NCBI RefSeq assembly: GCF_009914755.1
Contig: NC_060926.1
Direction: 5' to 3' (one strand)
DNA length: 64,000 bases
Origin: the human T2T-CHM13v2.0 reference genome, Homo sapiens
This document shows positions 62,986 to 64,000 of the stretch, piece by piece. Under the pieces are notes generated by a model. That model was not told where the DNA came from. It saw only the letters and a list, made by a program, of their open reading frames with translations, and made no database searches. A program made the translations under genes and the position numbers. Position 1 is the first letter of the stretch, and each line of letters opens with the position of its first letter.

Positions 62986-63360
62986 GAGCTACAAGTTCAA
63001 ACTCAACTGGGCAGCAAGCTGTCGAGCTGGCAGACACCCAGATCAAGGAAGCATTGCTGCAGAGTGGACATCCGATGGACAGTGGAATCTTCAATATTTC
63101 AACAGCTACACAGTGTCCCATTAGAAATGATGGTGGCGATTACCACCAGAATTGGATTTTCTCTCAACTTGATGTCCCTAGAAGGTCTGAATATTTTTGG
63201 ACGGAGTATGACACCAACATGTGGGAGCAATTTCAGGTTGGTAAAGCCTCAAGAAGGGATAGAGAGTTTCCTGACAAAAGGACACATAGAAAATTGAGAA
63301 TGATGTGACTTTGTATTACAAATACACAGAGGAATTCATAACATATAAACATTGTTTTAT

Positions 63361-63680
63361 GGCCCAGTATGATGGCTCACACCTGTAATCCCAGCCCTTT
63401 GGGAAGCTGAGGTGAGCAGATTGCTTGGGCTCAGGAGTTCGAGACGAGCCTGGGCAATGTGGTGAAACTCCATCTCTATAATAAATACAAAATTAATTAG
63501 CTGGGTATCATGGTGAGCACCTGTAGTCCCAGCTACTTAGTAGGCTGAGATGGAGGATCACTTGAGCCTGGGGAGGTCGAGGCTCCAGTGAGCTGGGATC
63601 ACACCACTGCATTCCAGCCTGGGTAACAGAGAAAGACCCTGTCTCAAAAACAAGCAAGCAAGCGAACAACAACAACAAAA
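63361..63680 (+). mobile_element. AluJ
   Basis: GATTGCTTGGGCTCAGGAG and GAGGATCACTTGAGCCTGGGAGGTCGAGGCT. Direct repeat ACATTGTTTTAT on both sides. Confidence 0.95.
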
Positions 63681-63754
63681 TACCCACATTGTTTTATTAA
63701 CTTGCTATAAGCTCTTGCCCCACATCAACCCTTGATATTTGCCATATAATATGG

Positions 63755-63975
63755 GAGACATATGATTAACAGCAGAGTGGGGTTCAGCATCCCTGCGTCA
63801 CGTCTTACTCACTGCATGATGTGGGCAAATTAATCCTAAACCTTAGTTTTCTTTTCTATAAATTGGGAAATAAACTAGTACCAGCACATAAATTATGAAT
63901 AGTAAATAAAATACAACATGTAAAAGGCTTACAGCAGACTTTAGTTAAGTACTTGATAAATAGTCACTATGTTGA
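63755..63975 (+). mobile_element. MIR SINE
   Basis: GGGCAAATTAATCCTAAACCTTAGTTTTCTTTTCTATAAATTGGG...CATGTAAAAGGCTTA. Confidence 0.7.
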
Positions 63976-64000
63976 GATTAAGTTGTCTGGTTCCTAAAGT

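Overview
This is mammalian, primate-lineage non-coding genomic DNA. It is very likely human or great ape, given the AluY and young L1PA3/4-like elements. No protein-coding exon, RNA gene, CRISPR array or prokaryotic feature could be recognised. The supplied ORFs look like chance frames, many inside Alu/LTR/simple repeats. The window is a mosaic of fossil transposable elements: 10 Alus, about 14 solo LTRs (THE1, MST, MLT1, MLT2, LTR16, LTR33), L1PA/L1M/HAL1 fragments, L2, MIR, an L3/CR1 remnant, and DNA transposons (Tigger3a, MER115, MER33, MER5A). These are separated by repeat-free blocks that may be enhancers or non-coding exons. I found no evidence of a new multi-gene system. The most unusual signals are mutational scars and structure-prone DNA: a palindromic AT-rich array enclosed by a 33-bp inverted repeat next to a 41-bp tandem duplication (49102-49478); an orphan duplicate of an MLT2 LTR end that carries its flank with it (8836-9090); a template-switch hairpin in an MLT1D LTR; a twin-primed L1; a possible micro 3' transduction; an 18-bp minisatellite; and candidate non-coding exons. 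Repeat family and subfamily names come from recalled consensus sequences and need RepeatMasker/Dfam confirmation. Boundaries of old elements are approximate.
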